From assembly GCA_035635475.1 (NCBI GenBank), contig DASQAZ010000134.1:1249-65248 (forward strand): a stretch of DNA of 64,000 nucleotides, given 5' to 3'. The notes under the pieces are model-generated. The model was not told the origin of the DNA, searched no databases, and saw nothing but the letters and a program-made list of their open reading frames with translations. Source of the stretch: Bacteroidota bacterium (GTDB taxonomy: Bacteria; Bacteroidota; Ignavibacteria; UBA10030; SZUA-254). Below are positions 27,658 to 37,656 of the stretch, in pieces. Position 1 is the first letter of the stretch. The number at the start of each line of letters is the position of its first letter. Made by a program: the position numbers and the translations under genes.

Positions 27658-27716
27658 TCAACCGCTTGTCTGTGGGATGTCCCGGAAGCCAATTTAAACC
27701 AGTTTACAGGAACGAC

Positions 27717-30134
27717 ATGAAACCGTCCCAGAATTTCGAAGAGATTCTCGAAGGTATTTCCGGGGGTTTTTTCGCGCTTGACACGGACTACCGGTTCACA
27801 TACTGGAACAGGGCCGCGGAAGAGGGGACAGGACTAAAACGGGAGCAGGTCCTCGGCAAGAATGTATTTGAGGTCTTTCCGAACGCGCAAGATGCGGAGC
27901 TCGGCGAAAAGTACCGCCTCGCCATGGAGAAGAGGGCCTTTCAGAGTTTCGAGACATCCTACCGGGATGAACGGTTTGAGGCATGGTTCGACATTCGAAT
28001 TTATCCGACCGAGAGCGGCATTTCGGTTTTCTTCCAGGACATTACCCAGAACAAGCGCCAGCAGCAACAGAAAGAAATGCTGATGGAGGTATCGCATGTC
28101 ATCAATGTGGCTCAGCATCTCGACGAACTGTGCCTCAATGCGGGCGAACGGATCGCCGCATTCATGGAGATCCCGGCGAAGTTTGTCTGCATCTACCGGT
28201 ATGATCAGCGGTCGTCGCTCCTCCACTTGATGGCGCCGTCTTTAATTGATGTGAGGGTGGATCCCGAGGTCGAGCACCAGATTGTTCACGAGAAGACCAA
28301 CACGATTGCGGTACAGACCGCGATCGGAAGAAAGATCGTCGTAACCGATGAACTCTCCCGAAGCTCGATTGCCGCCTACTTTCTCAACGAGACGACTGCG
28401 CTGAAGCTGAAATCCCTGATTTCGCTCCCCCTGATGGTGCAAAACGAGCTGCAGGGGGTGCTGGAAGTCCTCTCTCCCAAGGTCGATCAGTATGTGCAGG
28501 AAGAACTGAAGTTGTTGACAATCATCGCGAATGAACTTTCCATTGGAATGAGCCGAAAGAGGCTCATGGATGAGATCACGATCAAGAATATCGAGCTGGA
28601 AAACGAGAAGAAGCGGACCGACGACGCCAATGAGACGCTGAAACGGTTTCTCGCCACCTTCAGCCACGAGCTGCGCGCGCCGCTTAATGCCATTGTCGGC
28701 TTCTCCGACATCCTCACATCCGATTTACGCACCGTTCCGCCCGAAAAAGTGAACGATTTCATGAAGAATATAAACGAGAGCGGCAAACATCTCCAGGGTC
28801 TCATCAACGATATTCTGGACCTCTCGAAGATCGAAGCGGGCAAGATGGAATTGCATCTCGACGCCTATCCCGTCTCGTATTTCGTCGAGAGCGTCCAGCG
28901 CGTCATGCAGGCGGCGCTCCAGCAAAAGCAGGCCAAGCTGGCCTTCGATATCTCACCCGATGTGGAGCAGCTCGTCGTCGATCAAACGCGTTTCAAACAG
29001 ATTCTCGTGAATCTGGTATCGAATGCGATCAAATACAGCAACAAACAGGGAAGCGTGACGGTCTCCATCCGCCGGTTCATAAACGAAATCGAGATCGAAG
29101 TCAAGGATCAGGGACTCGGGATCAAACCGGAGGATATGGCGAGACTCTTTACCGCTTTCCAGCAGGGAAAGAACGCCCGTGTGTCGTCCGAAGGAACGGG
29201 ATTGGGGCTTGTTATCTCAAAGCGGCTCGTGGAGCTCCACGGCGGACAGATCTGGGTGGATAGCGAATGGGGGAAGGGGAGCACCTTCCGTTTTCGCATC
29301 CCGATGGTGCTGGCGGGCGAAGTCGTCGAATCGGCGGATCAACTTGTGCACACCCCGGCCGAAGCGGTCTCGGACCTGCCCGAAGGCGAACGGCCGCTCG
29401 TGCTGATCATCGAGGATAATCCCCAGGCGGGCCAGCTCATCCAGATGTATCTTCAGGAAGCCGGCTACCGCACGGAATTCGCCCGCGACGGCGCAGAAGG
29501 ACTCGAGAAGGCGAAGCGGTTGAAGCCCAATGTGATCACACTCGACATGATTATGCCGATTAAGGACGGATGGCAGGTGTTGAAAGAGCTCAAGCGGCAC
29601 CCGATTTGTAAAAACATCCCGATCGTGATCATCTCGATCACGGACGAGAAGAAACTCGGCTTCAGCATGGGAGCCGTGGATTACTTCGTGAAACCGGTGA
29701 ATCGGGAGGAGTTGTTGAAGGTGATGCAGAAGATCCCCCTGCGGGCGATGAAGCAGAAACAGCATCCAAAGGTCCTGATCATTGACGACGACCGTACGGC
29801 GGCGGACCTCATTCACGTGATTTTGGAGGCCGAGGGGTATGACGTAATCAAATCGATGAACGGGAAGGAGGGGGTCAGAATCGCCGCGGCAGAATCGCCC
29901 GACCTCATCATCCTGGACCTGATTATGCCAGATATCTCGGGGTTCAATGTCGCCTACCAGTTAAAACAGCAGGTTGCGACGAGGAACACGCCCATTATTA
30001 TTCTTACCTCGATGGAGGTGGACGAAGACACCAAGACGCAGATGCAGGGTTTCATCTCGACGATCATGAGCAAGTCACGATTCACGAAGAACGACCTCCT
30101 GCGGGAGATCAGTTCGATAGAAAAGACGAGGTGA
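27717..30134 (+). CDS. Hybrid sensor histidine kinase (PAS-GAF-HisKA-HATPase_c with two receiver domains)
   Basis: PAS-like N-terminus, H-box FSHELRAPLNAI, N/G boxes (NAIKYS, DQGLGI, GTGLGL), then two REC domains (LIIEDN...DMIMP and LIIDDD...DLIMPD). ATG at 27717 is preferred over TTG at 27666. Confidence 0.88.
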   Translation: MKPSQNFEEILEGISGGFFALDTDYRFTYWNRAAEEGTGLKREQVLGKNVFEVFPNAQDAELGEKYRLAMEKRAFQSFETSYRDERFEAWFDIRIYPTESGISVFFQDITQNKRQQQQKEMLMEVSHVINVAQHLDELCLNAGERIAAFMEIPAKFVCIYRYDQRSSLLHLMAPSLIDVRVDPEVEHQIVHEKTNTIAVQTAIGRKIVVTDELSRSSIAAYFLNETTALKLKSLISLPLMVQNELQGVLEVLSPKVDQYVQEELKLLTIIANELSIGMSRKRLMDEITIKNIELENEKKRTDDANETLKRFLATFSHELRAPLNAIVGFSDILTSDLRTVPPEKVNDFMKNINESGKHLQGLINDILDLSKIEAGKMELHLDAYPVSYFVESVQRVMQAALQQKQAKLAFDISPDVEQLVVDQTRFKQILVNLVSNAIKYSNKQGSVTVSIRRFINEIEIEVKDQGLGIKPEDMARLFTAFQQGKNARVSSEGTGLGLVISKRLVELHGGQIWVDSEWGKGSTFRFRIPMVLAGEVVESADQLVHTPAEAVSDLPEGERPLVLIIEDNPQAGQLIQMYLQEAGYRTEFARDGAEGLEKAKRLKPNVITLDMIMPIKDGWQVLKELKRHPICKNIPIVIISITDEKKLGFSMGAVDYFVKPVNREELLKVMQKIPLRAMKQKQHPKVLIIDDDRTAADLIHVILEAEGYDVIKSMNGKEGVRIAAAESPDLIILDLIMPDISGFNVAYQLKQQVATRNTPIIILTSMEVDEDTKTQMQGFISTIMSKSRFTKNDLLREISSIEKTR

Positions 30135-30144
30135 GAGACAGTCT

Positions 30145-31551
30145 CTAGCGCGCGATGATGAACTTTCGCGTTTCGGTGAAGAATTCGGTCTTCAATCGAT
30201 AGCAGTACACACCCGTCGGATAAGCGCCCGCCTCGAAGAGCAGCGAGTAGCGCCCCGGCGACTGGACGCCGTCCACGAGCCGGCTGACCTCCTGTCCCAG
30301 CACATTGTAGAGTACGAGCGTGACATGCGATTCCTGCGCGATGTCGTAGGCAATTTGCGTGGCGTCGTTGAACGGATTGGGAAAGTTCTGTTTGAGAGCG
30401 TATAATTTCGGCGGCCCGGGGGCAAAGTCGGGATTCTCGGTCAGGACTCCCCGCCGGTAAAGAATTTCCTTGTCGGCTCCGACGTCTTCCGACCAGACGG
30501 CGTGGAGCAAAGTATTGAAGATGCCCACGGACGGCTCCCCGACCGCCGTTGCCTGGGTCGGCGAATTTTCCGGACAATATGCCAAACCCTCGTTGCTGCT
30601 TTCTATTAGATTGATGCCGCCGTATCCCCCGAAATCGTTGTCCCAGATCGCGGCGACGAATTCATTGGCCGCCGCAACCGCAGAGAAGACGGCATTCTTC
30701 CCTCCCGAGATAACGGTTTGGGGAGACCAGGAGGAACCGTCGCTTCTGCTGATGCGGCCGACGATCGAACCCCGGTCGTTCCATATGGCGACAAGGTCGC
30801 CGCGCTCGTTCGTGGCGAGGCCCGGAAGCGTTGAGAACGTCGTATCCTCCTGCGAGAGGATATCGGGGCCGAACCACGTGTTTCCGCCATCCGGACTGGA
30901 GAAGTAGCCGATTTCCCGGGAGGACCCGGAGCCCTGGACATTGAGACCGTGGATGCGAGTCCGCGTCAATGCCAAGACGTCGAGCCGTGGGGCCCTCGCG
31001 GGGGTCACAGCAGCCCAGGTCGCGCCGTGATCGCTGCTCTCGAGCAATCCCGATGGGCCGCTCCGAATGTCCTGGAATTGAATATAGACCCTCGAATCTG
31101 CGGCCGTGACCGCATCTGGCAACGCGTTCGGGCGAAGAAAGACGGGAGTTCCCCACGACAGACCCGCGTCGGTGCTGCGTAGAAGAGCTGTGCCGTAAAA
31201 CGTATCGATCGACGCGGCGAACGCGACATACACGAACGAACCGACGGAGCTCATCAATCCGGGAAGCAGAGCGTTCGTATGGGGAATCAACGTGGTCTCG
31301 GGCGAGAAGGAGTCACCCCCATCGAAACTGTGGCTGAACTGGATACCTGAATTTGTCAGCGTACCGAGCGTGTCGAGCCCGAACCAGAGGATGTTGACGG
31401 TATCGCCGTCGACCGAGAGCACGGGTCTTATGGAGAGAGCGCTGTCCAGGCTGACCCTGTAGGTGTCTCCCCATTGGATTCCGCAGAACTGCGGCTGCGA
31501 GAGCGCGAAAGACGTGGAAATAAAAAACAACAGGATCGAGGGGCGTTTCAC
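30145..31551 (-). CDS. Secreted BNR-repeat (sialidase-fold-like) protein with T9SS C-terminal sorting domain
   Basis: Signal peptide; BNR SxDxGxxW repeats (STDAGLSWG, SSDHGATWA, SPDGGNTWF, SRSDGSSWS). The C-terminal segment of about 80 aa (LKQNFPNPFN...YRLKTEFFTETRKFIIAR) is typical of Por/T9SS CTDs. Confidence 0.75.
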   Translation of the reverse strand: MKRPSILLFFISTSFALSQPQFCGIQWGDTYRVSLDSALSIRPVLSVDGDTVNILWFGLDTLGTLTNSGIQFSHSFDGGDSFSPETTLIPHTNALLPGLMSSVGSFVYVAFAASIDTFYGTALLRSTDAGLSWGTPVFLRPNALPDAVTAADSRVYIQFQDIRSGPSGLLESSDHGATWAAVTPARAPRLDVLALTRTRIHGLNVQGSGSSREIGYFSSPDGGNTWFGPDILSQEDTTFSTLPGLATNERGDLVAIWNDRGSIVGRISRSDGSSWSPQTVISGGKNAVFSAVAAANEFVAAIWDNDFGGYGGINLIESSNEGLAYCPENSPTQATAVGEPSVGIFNTLLHAVWSEDVGADKEILYRRGVLTENPDFAPGPPKLYALKQNFPNPFNDATQIAYDIAQESHVTLVLYNVLGQEVSRLVDGVQSPGRYSLLFEAGAYPTGVYCYRLKTEFFTETRKFIIAR

Positions 31552-32600
31552 TCGGGGGATTTCTTTCCGAACACTTGTCTCCAGGTCTCACCGGAGTCCG
31601 TCGTCTTGATGATGGTCCCGGGCCCACCCGCCGCCCACCCCATGAGTCCGTTCGCAAAATGAACCGAGAAGAGAGTCGCCTCGGTGCCGCTCGCCCTCTG
31701 TGTCCACGTTTCTCCCCCGTCGCGCGTTGAAAGAATGGTGCCCTCGGTGCCGACGAGGATTGCCGATGTATCGCTAAAGGCATGAACGGAATAGTGGAAC
31801 GCTCTGGATTCAAAAAACGATAGATACTTTTTCAGATTTTGCGGGGCCCAGCTGTTCCCCCCGTCAGTAGTTCTTAACACAGCTCCGTAACCCCCGACCG
31901 CCCACCCCGTCTTGGTATCGACGAATCGGATGCAATACAGGAAACTCTTGACCTTGCTTGATTCGGGCTGCCAAGTCTTTCCACCATTGGATGTGTGCAG
32001 AATTGTGCCGCTCCCGCCCGAGATCCACCCGGATTCTGTGCCGGCAAATGATATCGACCAGAGGTTGTCCCTGACACCGCTCCGCTGGGCGGACCACGTC
32101 TTCCCCCCGTCGGCCGTTTTGAGGATCGTTCCGCCAAAACCGGCGCTCCAGCCGGTCGAGGGATTGGCAAAATGGACCGAGACCAGGTTGTTGGACGTTC
32201 CGCTTTGCATTTTTGTCCAGGAAGCGCCGCCGTCGGTCGTGCCGAGGATCGCTCCCCGCCCTCCCACGGCCCAGCCGCGGTTCGTGTCAATGAAATCGAT
32301 TCCGTAGAGATCGTCGGTTCCTTCACCGGGATGTGTGATTGACCGCCAGCTTTTCCCATTATCGGTCGACCGGAGAATCAGATGGGGCTTGCCGACCGAA
32401 ATTATCATACGCGAGGTGACCGCTTTCAGCCCGTAGAGCGCGATGCTGCTGGAGTTCGGAGGCCGCTGGGCCGTCTGCCCGGAGGCGGCGACAAGGGGGA
32501 TCAGAAGAAGCAGGATCGGGGAGAGGCAGAACCACGATCGATGCGGTATGGCTGTCGGCCCCTCCCGGGAGAAAACCGGAGCCGCTCGATTACCAGCCAT
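31548..32600 (-). CDS. Ycf48/BNR-like seven-bladed beta-propeller protein (secreted)
   Basis: Seven regularly spaced repeats (STDNGKSW, TTDGGASW, TADGGKTW, TSNGGKTW, TTDGGNSW, TRDGGETW, TTDSGETW), a hydrophobic signal segment, and a 4-nt overlap with the downstream BNR gene. Confidence 0.75.
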   Translation of the reverse strand: MAGNRAAPVFSREGPTAIPHRSWFCLSPILLLLIPLVAASGQTAQRPPNSSSIALYGLKAVTSRMIISVGKPHLILRSTDNGKSWRSITHPGEGTDDLYGIDFIDTNRGWAVGGRGAILGTTDGGASWTKMQSGTSNNLVSVHFANPSTGWSAGFGGTILKTADGGKTWSAQRSGVRDNLWSISFAGTESGWISGGSGTILHTSNGGKTWQPESSKVKSFLYCIRFVDTKTGWAVGGYGAVLRTTDGGNSWAPQNLKKYLSFFESRAFHYSVHAFSDTSAILVGTEGTILSTRDGGETWTQRASGTEATLFSVHFANGLMGWAAGGPGTIIKTTDSGETWRQVFGKKSPE

Positions 32601-32606
32601 CGGGGC

Positions 32607-33236
32607 TCACGGATTCTTCACCTCTCCGGCCTTTGGGCGGATCAGCTCGAATCGATCGGTCGTTCGAATATAGGTGGAACCGGCCATGCGCCCGATCGGA
32701 CGGAGCTTATCGGGATCGATCCTGTAATTGTCGAAAAGCTCGTCGCGGATATGGAATCGAAGGATTTCCCCGATCACGAGACTGCCCCCCAAAGGTTTCG
32801 AGCTCACGTGTACCACTTGTACGAGCCTGCATTCCATATTGACAAGCGACTCCTTCACGCGCGGCGGCTTCACGAGATCGCTTTCGATCGGAGTGAGGCC
32901 GGCTTCCTTGAACTCATCGACATCGGGAGGGAATTCGATCGAGCAGATATTCATAGGCACTGCAATTTCCTCGGAAACGACATTGATGACGAATTCTTTT
33001 GTCGCCTCGATGTTATTCAGCGTGTCTTTTCTATTACCGTCGCTTGAACGAATCACCGGCGAAAAACAAACGGTGGGAGGATTGGCGCTGATTCCCGTAA
33101 AGAAACTGAACGGCGCCAGGTTGCGGATTCCTTCGGGGCTGATCGTCGAGACGAACGCGATCGGGCGCGGCACTATCACGCCGACCATCAGCTTATAGAC
33201 GTTTCGAACATCGTGCTCGGAGGGATTAAGGATCAA
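32607..33236 (-). CDS. Flavin reductase-like FMN-binding split-barrel protein
   Basis: YKLMVGVIVPRPIAFVSTIS...NLAPFSFF pattern of the flavin-reductase family. TTG start directly abuts the hmgA stop codon. Confidence 0.78.
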   Translation of the reverse strand: MILNPSEHDVRNVYKLMVGVIVPRPIAFVSTISPEGIRNLAPFSFFTGISANPPTVCFSPVIRSSDGNRKDTLNNIEATKEFVINVVSEEIAVPMNICSIEFPPDVDEFKEAGLTPIESDLVKPPRVKESLVNMECRLVQVVHVSSKPLGGSLVIGEILRFHIRDELFDNYRIDPDKLRPIGRMAGSTYIRTTDRFELIRPKAGEVKNP

Positions 33237-34337
33237 TCACTTCTCCATCCAGCTTTTCCAGTAATCCTTCCACTCGGCTGCCTCTCCTTCCGGGGTCAGG
33301 AAGATCGGATTGACCGTATCGACCATGACCGCAAACTCTTCGGTATATTTTTTCTTCCCCTGATTGGCCAGGGCCTTCGGATGCGGACCATGGTGGATCC
33401 CCCGCGGGTGCAGCGTAACCATTCCGGGCTTGATGTCCTGCCGGCTGATGAAATCACCTGCGTGATAAAAAATAAACTCGTCGGAATCGGTATTACGATG
33501 GAAGAACGGAACTTTCAACGCATCCGGCTCCTCTTCGATGGGGCGCGGGACGAAGCTGCACACCGTCGCCCCCGGGGTGACGAATGAGGTGTGCACGCTG
33601 GGGGCAAGATGCGCGCGCGGGCTGACAATCGGTCGAATGTCACGCATATTGATCTTCCACACCGTCAGATCTCCCTTCCAGCCGACGACATCCATCGGAT
33701 TAAAAGGATAGAAAACAGACGAAAATTGATTCTGGAATTTAATCCGCACCTCCCATTCGCGACCGTCGTTCAGAATGGGCGACGGATCGGGCGTCACCAC
33801 GACGGCGGGATCGTACAGCGCGTGCTGACCGAGCAGACCCTTGTCGGGTTGATCGAATTCACCGGAGGACTGTATAATCAAAAAGAAATTATCGGCCTGA
33901 TCGGGCATTACCCGGTAGGTGCTTGCCCGGGGGATGTTGATGTAGTCGCCCGCCTCGTAGCGGATAGGGCCCCAATCCGTTTCGATCACGCCGGCACCCT
34001 CATGGATGAAATAGAGCTCGTCGCCGTCGGCGTTCCGGTAATAAAAGGGCATCGGCTTGGAACGCCGGGACACGAACATCGTGATTTCCTCATTTCGCAG
34101 GAAAGCAACCGGCGATCCGCCCGGGTCGGTCCGGTCGCCGGCCTGGAGTTTGTTGCAGTCGATCGCATGCGGACGAACGGCTCCCTCGATCCTGATCCAG
34201 TCGGTCGGAGCATGTGCATGATAGAGATGGGACGATTTTCCGTAAAATCCCTGCCGGCCGTGTTCCTCTTCGAACGTGCCCGCGGGGAGCCCGACATGAG
34301 CCTGTCTGGCGCTCTTTCCTTTTTGCAATGGGTACAT
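33237..34337 (-). CDS. hmgA: Homogentisate 1,2-dioxygenase
   Basis: Cupin dioxygenase pattern (ELYFIHEGAGVIETDWG, FHRNTDSDEFIFYHAGDF, HPRGIHHGPHP). ATG at 34337 is preceded by AAGGAG. The longer ORF-track N-terminus is rejected. Confidence 0.88.
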   Translation of the reverse strand: MYPLQKGKSARQAHVGLPAGTFEEEHGRQGFYGKSSHLYHAHAPTDWIRIEGAVRPHAIDCNKLQAGDRTDPGGSPVAFLRNEEITMFVSRRSKPMPFYYRNADGDELYFIHEGAGVIETDWGPIRYEAGDYINIPRASTYRVMPDQADNFFLIIQSSGEFDQPDKGLLGQHALYDPAVVVTPDPSPILNDGREWEVRIKFQNQFSSVFYPFNPMDVVGWKGDLTVWKINMRDIRPIVSPRAHLAPSVHTSFVTPGATVCSFVPRPIEEEPDALKVPFFHRNTDSDEFIFYHAGDFISRQDIKPGMVTLHPRGIHHGPHPKALANQGKKKYTEEFAVMVDTVNPIFLTPEGEAAEWKDYWKSWMEK

Positions 34338-34356
34338 GGATAACTCCTTATGTGCG

Positions 34357-35349
34357 TTAGGGCTTGACGACTTTATTTTTAAGAATTCCGATCCCTTCGA
34401 TCTCGAGCTCCACGGTGTCCCCCGGCTTGAGCCACCGATCGAGCTCAAGGCCGCAGCCCTTCCCGACAGTCCCTGAACCGAAGAGATCCCCCGGGTGAAT
34501 CGTTTCGTCCATCGACGCAAATGCGATCATCTTTTCGAAGGAGTGGTACATCGCGCGCGAATTGCCCTCCGACCATACTTCGCCGTTGATTCTTGCCGTC
34601 ATTTTCAGATTGTAGGGATCGCCGAGCTCGTCGGGAGTGACGAGGGCCGGGCCGATAGCCGTGGCAAAGTCCTTTCCCTTCGCGGGCCCGAGCCGCACTT
34701 TCATCTCCTTTTTTTGTATATCGCGCGCGCTGAAATCATTCATTATTGTAAAGCCCGCGATATACTCTCTCGCCCGCGCCTCCGGAATATTCCTGCCCGT
34801 TTTGCCGATAATGATAGCAAGTTCCAGTTCATAATCAAATTGCTGGGTGAACGAGGGCCAGTGGACGTCCTCATCCGGACCGATGATACTCTGGTGGTTG
34901 CCTTTATAATAGACCGGCATTTCGTACCATTCGCCGGGCATCGGCTCGCCGCGCTTCTCGAATCCCTTTTTAACATGCTCTTCGAACGCGTAGAAATCTC
35001 TCATGGAGGCGGGGCGGGGGAGAGGCGCCATCAGGCGCACGTCCTGCGGGCGAAAGACGATCGATTCTCCGTTGAGGCCCGAAGGGGAAGTACCCGCCTT
35101 CAACTCCTGCGTGAGGTGTTCAAGGGTGGCTTTCGCAAACGTGACCGAGGTTGCGCCGCCGCGCAGATACTCTATCATAGCCGGCGGCACGAGGGCGTTC
35201 GCGAGCCGGTAGGGCTGGGGTTCGCCCTTCGTATGGAGATGCCATGCACAGGCGGAATTGAGGTCGATGATACTCCTCTCATCGAAAACGATTCCCAGCC
35301 TCGATTGCTTCCCGAGAAGGGTCTTAACCTCGAATGTGCAAAGGCGCAC
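34357..35349 (-). CDS. Fumarylacetoacetate hydrolase-family protein (putative fumarylacetoacetase)
   Basis: FAH-fold motifs (DYELELAIIIGK, NDFSARDIQ, GDLFGSGT); lies between hppD and hmgA. Confidence 0.85.
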   Translation of the reverse strand: MRLCTFEVKTLLGKQSRLGIVFDERSIIDLNSACAWHLHTKGEPQPYRLANALVPPAMIEYLRGGATSVTFAKATLEHLTQELKAGTSPSGLNGESIVFRPQDVRLMAPLPRPASMRDFYAFEEHVKKGFEKRGEPMPGEWYEMPVYYKGNHQSIIGPDEDVHWPSFTQQFDYELELAIIIGKTGRNIPEARAREYIAGFTIMNDFSARDIQKKEMKVRLGPAKGKDFATAIGPALVTPDELGDPYNLKMTARINGEVWSEGNSRAMYHSFEKMIAFASMDETIHPGDLFGSGTVGKGCGLELDRWLKPGDTVELEIEGIGILKNKVVKP

Positions 35350-35393
35350 GCGCCTATCGTGGAGTGGTTAGGTGAGTGGACTAGGGGGGAGCT

Positions 35394-36527
35394 CTACAAA
35401 TTTCCCCGGACCGCTTGCTCGCGCTCGATCGCTTCGAAGAGCGCCTTGAAATTCCCCTTGCCGAAGCTCCGGCTTCCCTTGCGCTGGATACATTCGAAAA
35501 AGAGCGTCGGCCGGTCCTCGACGGGTTTTGTAAAGATCTGCAGCATGTAACCCTCGTCGTCGCGGTCGACGAGGATGCCCAGTTTCTTCAACGCGCCGAT
35601 GGGCTCGTCGATCTTACCAACGCGGTTCTCGAGGTCGTCGTAATACGTCGACGGGACACGCAGGAACTCTACCCCGCGCGACTGGAGCAGGCCCACCGTC
35701 TCGATGATATTGTCTGTCGCCATCGCGATATGTTGGACCCCCGGAGTCCGGTAGTACTCAAGGTACTCTTCGATCTGAGATTTGCGCCGGCCCGCCGCGG
35801 GCTCGTTGATCGGGAACTTGATCCGTTCGTTTCCGTTCGAAAGGACCTTTGACATCAGCGCCGAGTAGTCGGTGGAGATATCCTTGTCGTCAAAGTGCTG
35901 GTACATCTTGAAGCCCATGACGTTGATGTAGAATTCGACCCACTTGTTCATGGCCCCAAGCTCCACATTGCCGACACAGTGGTCGACGTGCTGTAAGCCT
36001 ACGTCGGGCGCCAGCGTATCGTCGTCGGCCGCGGCACGGTAGCCCGGCATGAAGATGCCCCCATAATTTCTCCGTTCGACAAACGTGTGGATGGTGTCTC
36101 CGTAGATCGCAATTGCCGATTTCTTAATCTCGCCGAATTCGTCCCGAAAGGCGGCCGGCTCCATGACCCCGCGCGCGCCGCGTTTGGTCGTCTCGCGATA
36201 GGCAGCTTCGGCGTCGTCGACCCAGAGCGCGAGATCGCGCACGCCGTCGCCGTGGAGTTTGATGTGGTCGGCGATCGGGTGTTCCGGCTGGAGAGGCGTC
36301 GTCAGCACGATGCGGATCTTGTTTTGCCGCAAGACATAGGATGACCGATCGCGCACCCCGGTCTCGAGTCCGGCATAGGCGATGAGTTTGAATCCCCATG
36401 CCGAGCGATAGTAGTAGGAGGACTGCTTGGCGTTGCCGACGTAAAACTCAATGTAATCGGTGCCGTTGATGGGCAGAAAATCTTCCGCGATCGCCCGCCC
36501 GGTTTGTGTCTGTCCCCTGTTTGCCAT
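35394..36527 (-). CDS. hppD: 4-hydroxyphenylpyruvate dioxygenase
   Basis: Two-domain VOC fold with the HPPD C-terminal signature (GVQHIAMAT, IFTKPVEDRPTLFFECIQR, GKGNFKALFEAIEREQ). Confidence 0.93.
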   Translation of the reverse strand: MANRGQTQTGRAIAEDFLPINGTDYIEFYVGNAKQSSYYYRSAWGFKLIAYAGLETGVRDRSSYVLRQNKIRIVLTTPLQPEHPIADHIKLHGDGVRDLALWVDDAEAAYRETTKRGARGVMEPAAFRDEFGEIKKSAIAIYGDTIHTFVERRNYGGIFMPGYRAAADDDTLAPDVGLQHVDHCVGNVELGAMNKWVEFYINVMGFKMYQHFDDKDISTDYSALMSKVLSNGNERIKFPINEPAAGRRKSQIEEYLEYYRTPGVQHIAMATDNIIETVGLLQSRGVEFLRVPSTYYDDLENRVGKIDEPIGALKKLGILVDRDDEGYMLQIFTKPVEDRPTLFFECIQRKGSRSFGKGNFKALFEAIEREQAVRGNL

Positions 36528-36546
36528 GGAAATGCTCCTTCGAGGC

Positions 36547-37644
36547 CTATACGTAGGTCTTCGATCGAATTTTAATGAGAGCCCCGACCAGCAGTTCGTT
36601 TTCTTCCAAAGTACCGACAGAGATGCGAACGCAATTGGCGAGCCCGAACGATTTCAAGGGACGAATGATGACTCCCTGCTTCATCAGATCCTTGACGAGG
36701 GAGTCTGCCTCTTCTTCATTGTCGCGTACGATCATGATAAAATTTGCTTCCGACGGCACGACCTCAAACTCAAGTTCGCGGAGCGCCTTGATCAGGTACT
36801 CTCGTCCTTTCTGGTTGAGCTCAAGAGAGTGCTGCATGAATTCCGTGTCCAGAAGAGCGGCAATTCCGGCGGCCTGGGCAAGCGAACTCGGCTCGAACGG
36901 CAGCTTGACCTTGAGAAGGTTCTTGATGAGGTCCCCGTGCGCGAAACCGTATCCGATCCGTACTCCCGCGAGGCCGTAGACCTTTGAAAACGTGCGAAGC
37001 GTGATGACATTGTCATACCGGTATTGCATCGAATCCGGGTAGAGCGGGTTTTGCCGGGCGTACTCAAAATACGCCTCATCAAGGATGATCAGGACCCGTT
37101 CCGGAACCCTTTTATAAAAATCGTCGAACTCCGTCCGGGTGAAGATCGTTCCCGTCGGATTGTTCGGATTTGCCAGATAAACAATCTTTGTGTGGTCGTT
37201 GATCCTTTCGGCGAGCGATGGAAGGTCGTAGCGCCAGTTCTTATATGGAATCGTCCGGTACCTTACTCCCCGCGACCGGGCAAGGACCTGAAAACCGATG
37301 AATGCGGCTTCCGTCGTCAGAACTTCATCGTCATCGCAGAGAAACGTCCTGATGATGTTGGACATGATCCCCTCAGACCCGGAGCCCGCGACCACGTTCT
37401 CGATCTTGACCTGGAATTTTTGTGCCAGAACGGCGCGCAGGTCGAGACCGCCGTTGGGATATCGATGAAGATCGGCGACCTGGCGCTCGAGGGCCTTGAG
37501 GGCGAGGGGCGACGGACCGAGAGGGTTCTCATTGGAATTAAGTTTGACGACTTGCTGCACCCCGAATTCACGCCGGATGTCCGCGATTGATTTGCCGGGA
37601 AGGTACGGACGAAGTGATTCAATATATTGCGGAACCAGGGGCAT
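36547..37644 (-). CDS. Class II PLP aminotransferase (HisC-like histidinol-phosphate/aromatic amino acid aminotransferase)
   Basis: KLNSNENPLGPSP and RTFSKVYGLAGVRIGY (PLP-Lys) motifs. ATG at 37644 (MPLVPQYIESL) is preferred over the extended ORF. Confidence 0.88.
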   Translation of the reverse strand: MPLVPQYIESLRPYLPGKSIADIRREFGVQQVVKLNSNENPLGPSPLALKALERQVADLHRYPNGGLDLRAVLAQKFQVKIENVVAGSGSEGIMSNIIRTFLCDDDEVLTTEAAFIGFQVLARSRGVRYRTIPYKNWRYDLPSLAERINDHTKIVYLANPNNPTGTIFTRTEFDDFYKRVPERVLIILDEAYFEYARQNPLYPDSMQYRYDNVITLRTFSKVYGLAGVRIGYGFAHGDLIKNLLKVKLPFEPSSLAQAAGIAALLDTEFMQHSLELNQKGREYLIKALRELEFEVVPSEANFIMIVRDNEEEADSLVKDLMKQGVIIRPLKSFGLANCVRISVGTLEENELLVGALIKIRSKTYV

Positions 37645-37656
37645 CGCTCGATATGC

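Noticed and set aside
34338-34520. 5' extension of the hmgA ORF (also the analogous extensions at 37645-37791, 48671-48817, 17866-18042, 1764-1844 and 27666-27716)
   Set aside because: The extended N-termini overlap neighbouring genes or lack homology. Internal ATGs coincide with the conserved protein N-termini, and for hmgA the internal ATG has an AAGGAG ribosome-binding site.
33591-35550. Two long plus-strand ORFs (250 aa and 351 aa)
   Set aside because: They are antisense to hmgA and the FAH-family gene, both of which carry clear catalytic signatures. The plus-strand translations lack motifs.
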